From a virus (Duplodnaviria > Caudoviricetes), in the IMG/VR virus record IMGVR_UViG_3300033069_000781, positions 32,001 through 96,000 of that record: 64,000 bases of DNA. One strand, written 5' to 3'. Positions 19,837-29,954 of the stretch are shown here, piece by piece (the stretch's first letter is position 1; each line of letters begins with the position of its first letter). A model generated the notes under the pieces. It ran no database searches. It had not been told where the DNA came from and worked only from the letters and a program-made list of their open reading frames with translations. The position numbers and the translations under genes are program-made.

Positions 19837-20448
19837 ATGCCAGAAATATCAGCATCAAGCCAACTCAGACTAGGCGATCCAGTCACTAATGCCAATTTCG
19901 TGATTACATATGCCGATGCTAGAATCTCACAAGAAACCCTAGATGGCTACTTAGATGATGGGGTATTCTTAATTCCATTAGCCTCTGGGTCAAGTGTTAG
20001 AGGTGTAAGTAGACGTGAAAGGGGTGTTATCATCACCTTTTACGGCACAGGAGCTGCTGGCACTACATTTACGTACCAGGCATTTATTGGAAGGTATTGC
20101 TACGGCAAATCTACAGATGATGCTGAAACAACCAAGGAAATTGAAATAAGTACCGCAATGACCGGGGGCGGACTATTAGCCAATATTCCAGGATCTAGCA
20201 CAACCTCTTGTATAAAGAGTACAGAGAAATGTGGTAGTGAAATAACCAAAACCGAAACGACAGACTTTGGAGTCCTAGAAAGTTGCTTCGGTTCACCTGG
20301 GGCCGATGTATGTGCTGAATCGGGCAAAATCGGAAGACTGATTATCCCTGAGTGCTTTGGGTCCTCATTTATACTAATTGATACTAAGGCCTCTGGGTCC
20401 GGTGGTCAAGCCAGCTCCTGTGGTGTAGTCTATGAACTAATTGACTAA
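19837..20448 (+). CDS. hypothetical protein, probably structural
   Basis: 203 aa, beta-rich; last gene before a terminator. Confidence 0.65.
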   Translation: MPEISASSQLRLGDPVTNANFVITYADARISQETLDGYLDDGVFLIPLASGSSVRGVSRRERGVIITFYGTGAAGTTFTYQAFIGRYCYGKSTDDAETTKEIEISTAMTGGGLLANIPGSSTTSCIKSTEKCGSEITKTETTDFGVLESCFGSPGADVCAESGKIGRLIIPECFGSSFILIDTKASGSGGQASSCGVVYELID

Positions 20449-20470
20449 TAGTACTAGATAATTAAACTAG

Positions 20471-20497
20471 AAGCTGCTCATATGAGCAGCTTATTTT
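20471..20497 (+). terminator. intrinsic terminator
   Basis: AAGCTGCTCATATGAGCAGCTT inverted repeat followed by ATTTT. Confidence 0.6.
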
Positions 20498-21025
20498 ATG
20501 GAAATAGATATAGAAATAGATACTAATAGACCACTCTATAGATTATGTACTGATGGTGGCTGTTTAGGGCCGAATAAAATCGGTGCCTGGGCTTTTGTCT
20601 TAACCGATCTGTCAACCAATACCAAACTTGAATTATGCCGTGGCTGTAATCAGACAACTAATAATAGGATGGAATTACTCGCCGTTATAAGAGGCCTTGA
20701 AGCTATAAACTGTGAAGCAGCTAATGTTGAGTTAATTAGTGATAGCCAATATGTAACAAAGGGTATAACGGAGTGGTTACCTACCTGGAAACGTAAGAAT
20801 TGGAGAAGGTCTGGGACAGGCCAGGTCTTGAATGTAGATTTATGGAAGACAATAGACTTCCTAACTAGAAAACATCAAGTCACTACTATATGGGTCAAGG
20901 GTCACAATGGTCACCCCGAGAATGAACTATGCGATAAGCTATGTACCGATAAAATCGAGGAATTCAAGTTAAGGAGTTTGTTTACAAATGGGTTATCTCA
21001 GCAGATTGAAAACAAGGTTAGCTAG
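20498..21025 (+). CDS. rnhA: ribonuclease HI
   Basis: TDGGCLG, TTNNRMELLA, SDSQYV, NVDLW, WVKGHNGHPENELCDKL. Confidence 0.96.
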   Translation: MEIDIEIDTNRPLYRLCTDGGCLGPNKIGAWAFVLTDLSTNTKLELCRGCNQTTNNRMELLAVIRGLEAINCEAANVELISDSQYVTKGITEWLPTWKRKNWRRSGTGQVLNVDLWKTIDFLTRKHQVTTIWVKGHNGHPENELCDKLCTDKIEEFKLRSLFTNGLSQQIENKVS

Positions 21026-21098
21026 CTACGATTCTTCAATTAGTTTTATGTTGTTGTTACTACTAACTGTACTATTCGCATTGACAATTAATCTATGA
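20988..21098 (+). CDS. 36-aa single-TM peptide, holin/pinholin candidate (not in track)
   Basis: AAGGAG at 20971; MGYLSRLKTRLASYDSSISFMLLLLLTVLFALTINL; stop overlaps the lysozyme start (ATGA). Confidence 0.45.
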   Translation: MGYLSRLKTRLASYDSSISFMLLLLLTVLFALTINL

Positions 21099-21598
21099 GT
21101 ATCAGAGATGATGGATATTTCGGTCTATGTATGTTTATGCTTATTATAGTATCGTTGAGCATACTCTTTAAGTCATGCTCACTTCACATATCAAGTAAAT
21201 CCATAAAAGATCAAACAGTTATTAGTCAGCGAGATAGTGACCTAAATAAACTGGAGCCTTTACTGGATGCGATTGAACATGTAGAGGGTTGGGACCGTGT
21301 AACTCAGTTAGGTATAAGGGGTGAAAGGGGGCCATATCAAATTACAAAGGATTATTGGATCGATAGTCGGATACCGGGGGATTTTGAAGATTGTGACATT
21401 AGGTCATACGCAAAAGAGGTTGTATTAGCCTATATGTATCGATACTGCCCAGAAGCTATCAGGAATAACGATTACGAAACAATAGCTAGAATTCATAATG
21501 GAGGACCCCTAGGGGCTACTAAGTTCTCAACTAAACAATATTGGTATAGAGTGTTCTTTTATATGGACAAGAAGGCAGAAGAAGGACTAACTAAATGA
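21095..21598 (+). CDS. invertebrate-type (destabilase-like) lysozyme with N-terminal membrane anchor
   Basis: AIEHVE, GPYQITKDYWIDS, AYMYRYC, ETIARIHNGGPLG, TKQYW; hydrophobic aa 8-25. Confidence 0.8.
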   Translation: MSIRDDGYFGLCMFMLIIVSLSILFKSCSLHISSKSIKDQTVISQRDSDLNKLEPLLDAIEHVEGWDRVTQLGIRGERGPYQITKDYWIDSRIPGDFEDCDIRSYAKEVVLAYMYRYCPEAIRNNDYETIARIHNGGPLGATKFSTKQYWYRVFFYMDKKAEEGLTK

Positions 21599-22170
21599 AT
21601 AATAATCCAACTGGAACTTTAAAAGAATTTATGGAACAGGCCATGATAACCGCAACTACCTCTCAACCAGATCCAATCGATACCGAGCTGCCAATTGTAG
21701 AGTTTCAGTATGATCCCGTTGCGATTCAGTTTGTAGCTGAGCTCGCTAAACGGCATACAAACCCGCCTATGGGAGATGCTGCCAAGCAGGCAATGCTGGT
21801 AGCTCTGGACCAGGTTATCTCGGAGCTAGATACAAGTAGTCCCGATTTCCCTACTCAACTCGCAGGAGTATTATGCTCTAAGCAGAAGATTAGGATCAGT
21901 GATGTCTACGCCAAGAAGTATACGGGTGGCAAGAAGATCGCAAACCCTGTTCTAGGTGAAGCCGATGTGGCGTGGCTTCGTGAAACCTTGGAGCGAGTCT
22001 TGGGACGAGAGGTCGCCCCTTCCTGGGAACTCATTGAGCCAGGTTATAAGGATATCAAAAAAGAAGAATCGGCAGATGAGTGGGATGACGAAGATGAATT
22101 AGGCGAAGCTGAGTGGGATGAAGATGATGATTTGGGTGAGGGGGATGACGATGAGGATTATGTCCCCTAA
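21595..22170 (+). CDS. hypothetical protein with acidic tail
   Basis: 191 aa; C-terminal DEWDDEDELGEAEWDEDDD. Confidence 0.75.
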   Translation: MNNNPTGTLKEFMEQAMITATTSQPDPIDTELPIVEFQYDPVAIQFVAELAKRHTNPPMGDAAKQAMLVALDQVISELDTSSPDFPTQLAGVLCSKQKIRISDVYAKKYTGGKKIANPVLGEADVAWLRETLERVLGREVAPSWELIEPGYKDIKKEESADEWDDEDELGEAEWDEDDDLGEGDDDEDYVP

Positions 22171-22175
22171 GTGAT

Positions 22176-23345
22176 ATGACTATAGATGAGTTGGTTATAG
22201 ATAAACCAATAGTAATAGCTGTAGAGGCTAAACCCAAACCGATATTCACCTTAACTGATGAGCAGGCCAAGGTAGTAGATACCCTAGTTGACTGGGCTTC
22301 AGATAAGAAACAGACCACAACAGAGAAATCAGTTGGCGGCTTCGCTGGTGTCGGTAAGACAATTACAATTAAAGCTATCATAGATAAGTTAGACCTAACT
22401 GATCTATCGATAGCGGTAGCCTCATTTACTGGTAAGGCCGTATCCGTTCTAAAACAGAAGGGTATCTCTAGAGCTCAAACCTTACACAGCCTACTCTATA
22501 ACTTCGATCCAGTCACAAAGGAGTTCAGATTAGTACCAGAACTTACCTGTGATGTTATATTTGTAGATGAGGCCTCGATGGTTAATAGGGCCCTCTATAA
22601 CGATCTATTAAGATTTAAGAAAAAGCTTATATGGGTTGGCGATATGGGTCAGTTGGAACCTATTGGGGATAACCCCAACTTAATGGCTAGGCCGGATCTT
22701 GTATTAACCAAGATCCATAGACAGGCTGCCCTATCCCCCATTATTCAATTCTCAAGGATCCTACGAGAGGGTCAGACCTATGGTTATGGGTGTATACCCC
22801 CTATATGTCCAGAGGGTGAGAAGCCCCAGCTAGAGATAGTTGGATATAACTACTATCCAAACTATATCTATAGTTGTGATCAAATCATATGCGCCTTCAA
22901 TAAAACTAGGCATGGTATTAATCGATTATTAAGAGAGCATAAAGGGTTCACTAACCAGCTCGAAGTTGGTGATAGAGTGATCTGCCTCAAGAACAACAAT
23001 AAGGTTGGAGTCTATAATGGACTGGTCTGTACAGTTGCGCGAATAGTAGATGATTTCGGCAAAACCTATATCTGTGACTTAATAGATGAGGTGGGTACCA
23101 AATATACAGATATCTGTATGTATAAGGCTCAGTTCGGCGAGAATAAGATTGATGATATGGGAGTAAGCTCCAAGAGTTCTATTACTTACTGGGATTACGG
23201 CTACTGTATCACATGTCATAAAGCTCAAGGATCGGAATGGGCAGAGGTAGTAGTGATCGAGGAGCAATCTACCTTATGGGATATGCGTAGATGGTCCTAT
23301 ACTGCGGCAACTAGGGCTAGTAAGAGATTGGTTTATTGTAGATGA
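22176..23345 (+). CDS. SF1B helicase (Dda/RecD-like)
   Basis: GFAGVGKT, VDEASMV, GDMGQLEP, IHRQA, TCHKAQGSEW, YTAATRA. Confidence 0.93.
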   Translation: MTIDELVIDKPIVIAVEAKPKPIFTLTDEQAKVVDTLVDWASDKKQTTTEKSVGGFAGVGKTITIKAIIDKLDLTDLSIAVASFTGKAVSVLKQKGISRAQTLHSLLYNFDPVTKEFRLVPELTCDVIFVDEASMVNRALYNDLLRFKKKLIWVGDMGQLEPIGDNPNLMARPDLVLTKIHRQAALSPIIQFSRILREGQTYGYGCIPPICPEGEKPQLEIVGYNYYPNYIYSCDQIICAFNKTRHGINRLLREHKGFTNQLEVGDRVICLKNNNKVGVYNGLVCTVARIVDDFGKTYICDLIDEVGTKYTDICMYKAQFGENKIDDMGVSSKSSITYWDYGYCITCHKAQGSEWAEVVVIEEQSTLWDMRRWSYTAATRASKRLVYCR

Positions 23346-23352
23346 GTAACGT

Positions 23353-23985
23353 ATGACAATAAGTGATCAGATCGCTAGGATTGATAAGATGGGTTTCCCT
23401 AAATCATGGAGACAAAAGTATTCATTTAACCAAGATCAAGCTCGCTATAAACAACCCTTTACATATAATCACCAGCGCTTCGATTCCGCTAAACTAACCG
23501 CATTTAGATTTGATAGAACGTTTGAGAACATCGAGAATAAGCGAATCGGAACGGAATGGACCAGTTATGTCACTGAGGCCTTCAAACAGCGCTGTCTATT
23601 AGAGGAGCATGCCCTAATAGCCAAGTTGAAACAACTAGAGCTTAGTAGTGAGAAGTCAAATCCTTACTGGGGGTTTGGTGGACTCAAACTATACTACAGT
23701 ATATTTACGCAAGAAACAGAACTAACTAAAAATAGCTACGATTATGAGGCCTCTCGCTGCCCATTAGAGATCGATGCCTACATTAGTGGTAAGCGACTCT
23801 ACATCTTTATGTGTATAAGTGTAACCAGGGAAGTTAATCCTGACTGGGTGCATAGATTCCCATCTTTTATTACGCCATATATAGATGAGGATAAGATACA
23901 GGATACACTCAAACCACTTAGAGACCAGTTCAATGAAATTAGTAAAAAAGAAAACGAAACCCAAGAAGAAGCAGCCCAAGTCTAA
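23353..23985 (+). CDS. hypothetical protein
   Basis: 210-aa ORF in the operon. Confidence 0.7.
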   Translation: MTISDQIARIDKMGFPKSWRQKYSFNQDQARYKQPFTYNHQRFDSAKLTAFRFDRTFENIENKRIGTEWTSYVTEAFKQRCLLEEHALIAKLKQLELSSEKSNPYWGFGGLKLYYSIFTQETELTKNSYDYEASRCPLEIDAYISGKRLYIFMCISVTREVNPDWVHRFPSFITPYIDEDKIQDTLKPLRDQFNEISKKENETQEEAAQV

Positions 23986-24376
23986 TAAACAAGCAGCACT
24001 GGCAGTGCCCTATGATAATGAGATGGCTTTAGCTCAAATAATAAAACAGCTAGGCGCAATCCTTACTGAGTTACAGTTTGTGAGCCAACATATCATAGAG
24101 CAGATGAATAAGTCGCCTGCACCTATACCTGAGCCTAGTAAACCTCAAGTATTACCTAAAGAACCGTTTGATTGGTTTAAGGAAATAGAAAGGAGGCGTA
24201 AAGAAAAGGAACAGGAAGAGGAAGTATGGCCTTATCGCATAGGTGATCCATACCCACCCTATCCTAGATGGCCTACACCAGCTGATCCTTGGGTACCGAC
24301 TACCCCTGATACTTATCCCTACCCAGATAAAAAACAACCAATAATTACTTGCAATACTCCTAATCCATTGTCATAA
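23933..24376 (+). CDS. hypothetical protein, Lys-rich N-terminus and Pro-rich C-terminus
   Basis: Likely start MKLVKKKTKP at 23933. Confidence 0.6.
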   Translation: MKLVKKKTKPKKKQPKSNKQAALAVPYDNEMALAQIIKQLGAILTELQFVSQHIIEQMNKSPAPIPEPSKPQVLPKEPFDWFKEIERRRKEKEQEEEVWPYRIGDPYPPYPRWPTPADPWVPTTPDTYPYPDKKQPIITCNTPNPLS

Positions 24377-24383
24377 TGGAGGA

Positions 24384-25097
24384 ATGGGAAGTAATAAGAG
24401 GCTACGTAAATCTAAATCAAATCTATGGCCACGTACAGAAGTGGAGCTATGTCAGGAATTAATTAAGTGGATGAGTGCTGAGGGTTGGGAGGTCTTCCAA
24501 GAGGTAAAGTCTCCTAGAGGATATGGGGTAGCTGATATAGTGGGTCGCAAGGGTACACTGACCTGGATAATTGAGTGTAAGAAGAGTCTTAATCTCAAAG
24601 TAATTGCCCAAGCATTTAATTGGTTGAGATTAGGCCACTATGTCTCAATCGCGGTTCCTAAATACATGTTCAATAGTAGGAACGGTAATGTGCCTGGAGT
24701 GGCCTGTAAGATCTGCGAGACTCATGGAATTGGCGTACTATCCGTTGAACCAGCACTGACAACCGAACGAGTTCCAGCTAAACTACATCGTAAGAACCAT
24801 AATTCCAGTAAAGCGATATCCACTACCCTTACTGAGCATCACAAAACGTTCACTCAGGCGGGCTCAGCAACCGGTAGCCATTGGTCACCGTTCAAACAGA
24901 CAATAGAGAATCTAATTGAAGTTATCAAGAAACACCCAGGCATATTAATGAAGGATGCTATCAAGCAAATCAAACATCACTACAAATCATCTCCTATAGC
25001 AGTGAACTCGATCTGTAAGCATATTCAGACCGGAGTAATTAAAAGCATTAGGACCCAGTGGACCCCAGCAGGAATCAAATTATATGTCCAAAGCTAA
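24384..25097 (+). CDS. PD-(D/E)xK family nuclease
   Basis: TEVEL...VFQEV...VADIVG...IIECK...QA pattern; GGAGG RBS. Confidence 0.75.
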   Translation: MGSNKRLRKSKSNLWPRTEVELCQELIKWMSAEGWEVFQEVKSPRGYGVADIVGRKGTLTWIIECKKSLNLKVIAQAFNWLRLGHYVSIAVPKYMFNSRNGNVPGVACKICETHGIGVLSVEPALTTERVPAKLHRKNHNSSKAISTTLTEHHKTFTQAGSATGSHWSPFKQTIENLIEVIKKHPGILMKDAIKQIKHHYKSSPIAVNSICKHIQTGVIKSIRTQWTPAGIKLYVQS

Positions 25098-25818
25098 GGT
25101 GGGGATTTCAACCCTAACTGCTCATGATTTAGATAAATACAGAGCTCTTAAACTCTTCAAGATCTCAAAGAGCCTAAATATACCACTTAATGAGTGGTTG
25201 GATCGAGAAGTAGATATTCCACTAGAATTACTCCGAAGAGATATCATAGATGGTGATTATGAAGCCGGCTTCTATTCTGGGGTGATCGCTAGAGCTAGAT
25301 CGAATGATGATATATCTAAGCCAATTGCCCATTCCTGGATTAGGTTGAACTGTGGGACCATCCTAGATCCAGTTAGATGGTACTTAGAGAATACTGTACC
25401 TTATATGTATGTTGGAGACTCTCAAGGCTATATTACAGGATCAGAATACCGAAAGAACTTGGATCCTTGCCCACCCGACAGTGATGGGTCCTATCCAATT
25501 GTTACTGAGTTCTATGACATAGTTGGCGAGCCCACCGCTACTGCTGTTAGAGCTCTATTAGGCGTAGCTGATAAGAATGAGTCAATAGATACAAATCAAT
25601 TATCCTGGTTGCTTAGATTACCCCTAGCTAAATTGGGATCGGCAGAGCTAGCTGAGACTATATATCAAGCCACTATCCATTGTGGCTACAGTAACCTATT
25701 GATTAACGAGAATTATCGAGAAGTATTCAATGAGGACCTAATCGTAGTGATCGATCAAGCTAGAAAGAAAGCCAAGAATGGACCAGGTATCGTCTCCTAC
25801 AGAATCCCCAATAAATAG
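25084..25818 (+). CDS. hypothetical protein (possible transglutaminase/papain-like fold, HSW...DP)
   Basis: AHSWIRLNCGTILDPVRW; no obvious N-terminal catalytic Cys. Confidence 0.55.
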   Translation: MSKAKVGISTLTAHDLDKYRALKLFKISKSLNIPLNEWLDREVDIPLELLRRDIIDGDYEAGFYSGVIARARSNDDISKPIAHSWIRLNCGTILDPVRWYLENTVPYMYVGDSQGYITGSEYRKNLDPCPPDSDGSYPIVTEFYDIVGEPTATAVRALLGVADKNESIDTNQLSWLLRLPLAKLGSAELAETIYQATIHCGYSNLLINENYREVFNEDLIVVIDQARKKAKNGPGIVSYRIPNK

Positions 25819-26281
25819 TCTAAAGATTAGAGATCACTTTAAAACAGTAGCACCGGATACTAGTGTCGATTGTGCAATATGTCCGGATGGTTCTGTACTA
25901 ATCGAGTTAAATCAAATCGATACTGGCCAGACTGATACGCTCCTGAGGACCTCATTCACTTTTGAGAAGGAGCATGCCAGGTATTTCACCTTTAACTTAG
26001 CCAAAGAGTTACATAAATCTACAAAGAGTCTAGATAGGGATTTTGACTCCACTATTCGCTATAATCCTAATACTAGAGCATTACAATCAATAAAAGATAG
26101 AAATGAGGTATGGGTAAAAGTTAAACCTATACTTATGGACTTCTATATTGCACGCAATTATATAAGCCTTTTTGAGGGCAGCTTTGAATTACTATTTAAA
26201 GCTTATATGAGATTTAACCCAAATCTATCAGAGCATACACTTCTATTGAGATCAATTTTAGCGTCTATAGTCTGTAATTAA
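25778..26281 (+). CDS. hypothetical protein
   Basis: 167-aa ORF. Confidence 0.65.
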   Translation: MDQVSSPTESPINSLKIRDHFKTVAPDTSVDCAICPDGSVLIELNQIDTGQTDTLLRTSFTFEKEHARYFTFNLAKELHKSTKSLDRDFDSTIRYNPNTRALQSIKDRNEVWVKVKPILMDFYIARNYISLFEGSFELLFKAYMRFNPNLSEHTLLLRSILASIVCN

Positions 26282-26307
26282 CAAAGCACGCACAAAGGAA
26301 ATCACAA

Positions 26308-27411
26308 ATGACAAAGTCAAAAGCGAATCAAGTTCGACCGATTCACCGTTCCGAGATCACTGTACTCACGGACACCTTCGCTAAGGTGTACCCACAGATC
26401 AAGCGAAATGGACTCTCGAAGAAAGCTGCCCTACCCATCTTCAATAAGCAGCTCAAGGCAGATCTAAATAGTGCCAGAGCTAACAGTACCAGCTATCAAT
26501 GGGAGGTACTCAATAAGCACAAAAAACTTAACTCACCTAATCAACTCGATACCCTATTCCGTGAATATCAGGCACGCCAAGATATTTCCAGCCCTGACTG
26601 GACATGGCCTATTCATGGTAACGGTAATCGATTACATCTTGAGCGCTACTTGGTTGAGAATAAGCAAACTATTTTGCATAACGCTATGACCCGATCGAGA
26701 GTAGCGGATAATATCGATCGAGAGCTTGGTATTCGGTACACCGATGGAATGATCCAGGATTGTGCCCGTGAGGTTGGAATTGTTTGGAGGAACGGTAAGG
26801 CTGTCGATAAGGCTACTACCTATGCTACCATTAAGCCTTACGAAGTTCCCGCTAAGGCCTCACCCAAGGCTGAATATGCCTGGCAGGTATCATTCGATAA
26901 GGATCTCTCTAAGGACCCCGTGATTACCCAGACTATGTCCGCAATGGAGCAGACTAATGCTATTAATGCAATGAAGTCCCAGGTAGCTAGCTATATCACC
27001 ACTATTGAGCAACTGGTCCGTGCAGTTGAGTCTATTCAGCTCCAGGTTACTCGTTTGAATCAAGTCAATTTTGCTGGTACCCAGCTCGTTGATTATCCAC
27101 ATGCACCAGTTACAGATCCCACCAATGTCGTAGTTCCATCCGAACTGCCCGTAGTAACTGCCCCTAACCCAGAGGCCACTAGTCCACTCTCAGCTGCTCT
27201 TAATAGATTCAAGTTCGACATCGAGACCTCGAAGCTAACCCCTATAGCTCCAGTAGGTCTAAAGGTCAATGAGACGCCCAGTACGAATAGAACTGAGGTT
27301 GCTGAACTAGCCCATGTAGGTATGCATACAGATCATGACAATACCCCTAATCCCCGAAGAGACTGGTGGGATTCTAATTATGCTAATGTTGGATCACAGG
27401 GCCCATTCTGA
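26308..27411 (+). CDS. hypothetical protein
   Basis: 367 aa, AAGGA RBS; basic N-half, coiled segment, Pro/Thr-rich tail. Confidence 0.75.
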   Translation: MTKSKANQVRPIHRSEITVLTDTFAKVYPQIKRNGLSKKAALPIFNKQLKADLNSARANSTSYQWEVLNKHKKLNSPNQLDTLFREYQARQDISSPDWTWPIHGNGNRLHLERYLVENKQTILHNAMTRSRVADNIDRELGIRYTDGMIQDCAREVGIVWRNGKAVDKATTYATIKPYEVPAKASPKAEYAWQVSFDKDLSKDPVITQTMSAMEQTNAINAMKSQVASYITTIEQLVRAVESIQLQVTRLNQVNFAGTQLVDYPHAPVTDPTNVVVPSELPVVTAPNPEATSPLSAALNRFKFDIETSKLTPIAPVGLKVNETPSTNRTEVAELAHVGMHTDHDNTPNPRRDWWDSNYANVGSQGPF

Positions 27412-27416
27412 ATTAA

Positions 27417-29453
27417 ATGAAGACAAAAACAAGTGTTAGTCCTAAGTCAGCACAGACTAGACTAAAAGAACTTAAGACCATGATCAAGAGTGCTGATGAG
27501 GCCTACTATCAGCAATCAGATCCGATCCTAACGGATCCGGAATATGATGCCTTGATTAGTGAGCTTAGAGCACTAGAGAAGGAGAATCCGGATCTAATCA
27601 CCCCGGATTCTCCTTCTCATAGAATAGGGGAGAAATTGACCGCTGGGTTCTCTCAGCATAAACATCTCTATCCAATGTTGTCTATTGATAACGTCTATAC
27701 CTATGAAGACCTAGATAAATGGTATAAAGACATAATCGAGCTAGTAGGTGTAGGTAATGATTATGTCATTGTTCAACCCAAGATTGATGGGATAGCGATA
27801 TCACTGACCTATAAGAATGGTAAGCTTATCAGAGGTACCACTAGGGGTGACGGTGAAGTAGGTGATGATGTCACCGCTAACTGTATGGCTGTTCTAGATA
27901 TTCCTCTAACTATCTCCTACAAAGAGGAGATAGAGGTTAGGGGTGAGTGCTATATCTCTATCTCTGACTTTGAGAGGATTAATATACGTGAGGAAGCTAA
28001 CCATAAGAATCCACGTAACCTAGTCAATGGGACCATGAAGAGCCATGATCCTATACAGGTGCGCAATAGAATGGTTCGGTTCATATGTCACAGTGTTGGA
28101 CATCTCGGAGTTAGTATGGAGTATGACACTCTAAGTTCAATACTACGTATGCTGGTTAAGAGTGGCATGATCATAGCGGCGTGGTCTAGGACCTCAGGAT
28201 TTCTAGAGTTCAAATCCCTAGTCGATGGCTATGTATCGGGTAATGAAAATAGAGATATTCCAGTAGATGGAGTAGTGGTTAAGTTAGATAGTATTGATGC
28301 CCAGACCCACCTGGGACATGGCTCTAAATACGTTAAATGGGCAATTGCTTATAAGCCCCGTGAATCCTACGCTGAAACCACCCTGGAATCAATAACCTGG
28401 ACTGTTGGTAAGAACGGTAAACTAACCCCAGTAGCTAACTTAACCCCTGTAGATCTCGACGGCACAACCATTACTCATGCCTCACTACATAATCATATGA
28501 TCATGTATGAGCTGCAAATTGAACCTGGATGTGTAGTTAGACTAGAGAAAGCGGGGGAAATAATTCCCCAGATAGTAGCTAGAGTAAACACTAGGCATAA
28601 AGATACTTCAATAGATTATTATGCGCCAATGGTATGCCCTATATGTAATAGTACATTAGAGCTAGTTGGCCCAAATCTCTTCTGTAGGAACTCGTCATGC
28701 CCAGGTCAGACCTCTTCAAGCCTTAAGCATTTCGTAAGTAAAACTGGATTAGACATCAAAGGTATAGGTGATGTATTAATCGAGAGAATAGGTGGGATAG
28801 TTATCTTACCTGAACATCTCTGGACCCACTACAATCAATATATACAAATGCTAGAGGGCCTAGGCAACTGGGGTCAGAGGAGTACAGATAAATTGTACGC
28901 TGGACTACAGGAGGCTAAGAGTTGTGGTCTAGAGAAGTTCCTGCGAGCCCTAGGTATCCCAAAGCTGGGTAAGACCCTATCCAAGGCTCTGGCTGCTAGG
29001 TATGACGATATCGATGATTTATGCCAAAACATAACAATAGACAAACTAAAGGAAATAGAACATATAGGAGATACCATTGCTGAACTGGTTTACCCAGTCC
29101 TATCGAGTCCTAGTTTTAAAGCTCGTGTTGATGTATTCAAATCTCAAGGATTTAATCTACGAAGCTTATCACGGCAAGCTCCCGAGGTAATAGATATGGC
29201 CAATAAAGCTAAACAATCAAAACTAACAGGAAAATCTATATGCGTGACCGGTTCCGTTGAAGGTTACACCCGTGCAGAGCTAGAGGCTAAACTGACCGAG
29301 CTAGGAGCCAGCTTTAATTCAGGAGTATCTAAGAGTACTGATATACTGGTCATAGGAGATGACCCCGGTAGCGCTAAGATCGAGAAGGCTAATAAGTATA
29401 ATATTCCCACTATAACTTCAGATGAATTACTTAAGCTATTCAGTTCCCCATAA
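27417..29453 (+). CDS. ligA: NAD-dependent DNA ligase
   Basis: YY...D.EYD, PMLSIDN, KIDG adenylation motif, TRGDGEVGDDVT, EVRGE, NPRN, DGVVVK, Zn finger, HhH, BRCT. Confidence 0.97.
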   Translation: MKTKTSVSPKSAQTRLKELKTMIKSADEAYYQQSDPILTDPEYDALISELRALEKENPDLITPDSPSHRIGEKLTAGFSQHKHLYPMLSIDNVYTYEDLDKWYKDIIELVGVGNDYVIVQPKIDGIAISLTYKNGKLIRGTTRGDGEVGDDVTANCMAVLDIPLTISYKEEIEVRGECYISISDFERINIREEANHKNPRNLVNGTMKSHDPIQVRNRMVRFICHSVGHLGVSMEYDTLSSILRMLVKSGMIIAAWSRTSGFLEFKSLVDGYVSGNENRDIPVDGVVVKLDSIDAQTHLGHGSKYVKWAIAYKPRESYAETTLESITWTVGKNGKLTPVANLTPVDLDGTTITHASLHNHMIMYELQIEPGCVVRLEKAGEIIPQIVARVNTRHKDTSIDYYAPMVCPICNSTLELVGPNLFCRNSSCPGQTSSSLKHFVSKTGLDIKGIGDVLIERIGGIVILPEHLWTHYNQYIQMLEGLGNWGQRSTDKLYAGLQEAKSCGLEKFLRALGIPKLGKTLSKALAARYDDIDDLCQNITIDKLKEIEHIGDTIAELVYPVLSSPSFKARVDVFKSQGFNLRSLSRQAPEVIDMANKAKQSKLTGKSICVTGSVEGYTRAELEAKLTELGASFNSGVSKSTDILVIGDDPGSAKIEKANKYNIPTITSDELLKLFSSP

Positions 29454-29456
29454 TAA

Positions 29457-29954
29457 ATGAACAGTTCAGAGCAGCCATTAATTAGTACTAATGATAAAGG
29501 TCTCTACAATCAGAACGTCCAGGCTTTAGTTAATTCACTAAACAAATCGGACGTTGAATATGTTTGTCTGGAGGCTCTGAAGACCATTTTGATGCGGGAG
29601 TTAACCCATAGCCTACTTACTCATAGAAAGGGTCATATAGGAATAAATCTCATTGCTGGTAATATTGTTGCTAGTAAAGAGATGAATGCTAAGTTGTGTG
29701 AGCTATTCGAAAATCCTGAGCTGTATGAATTGGATAATAAGCCAATCTTTTACGTAGTTCATATACCCTTCGATAAGTTAGATTCTGACAATATCCACTG
29801 TATATCTGATCTATGCAAACTGAATGATCTAGAACTAAAGTTTGTTCCGAGTTGGCAGGGCTGTACCTCTAAGTTAGCTATATGTATATATAGGCTAGAA
29901 AGTCTAGATCTATTCAATGAGAAGCTAAAGAAACTAGGAGCACTAGTGCAGTAA
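29457..29954 (+). CDS. hypothetical protein
   Basis: 165-aa ORF. Confidence 0.65.
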   Translation: MNSSEQPLISTNDKGLYNQNVQALVNSLNKSDVEYVCLEALKTILMRELTHSLLTHRKGHIGINLIAGNIVASKEMNAKLCELFENPELYELDNKPIFYVVHIPFDKLDSDNIHCISDLCKLNDLELKFVPSWQGCTSKLAICIYRLESLDLFNEKLKKLGALVQ

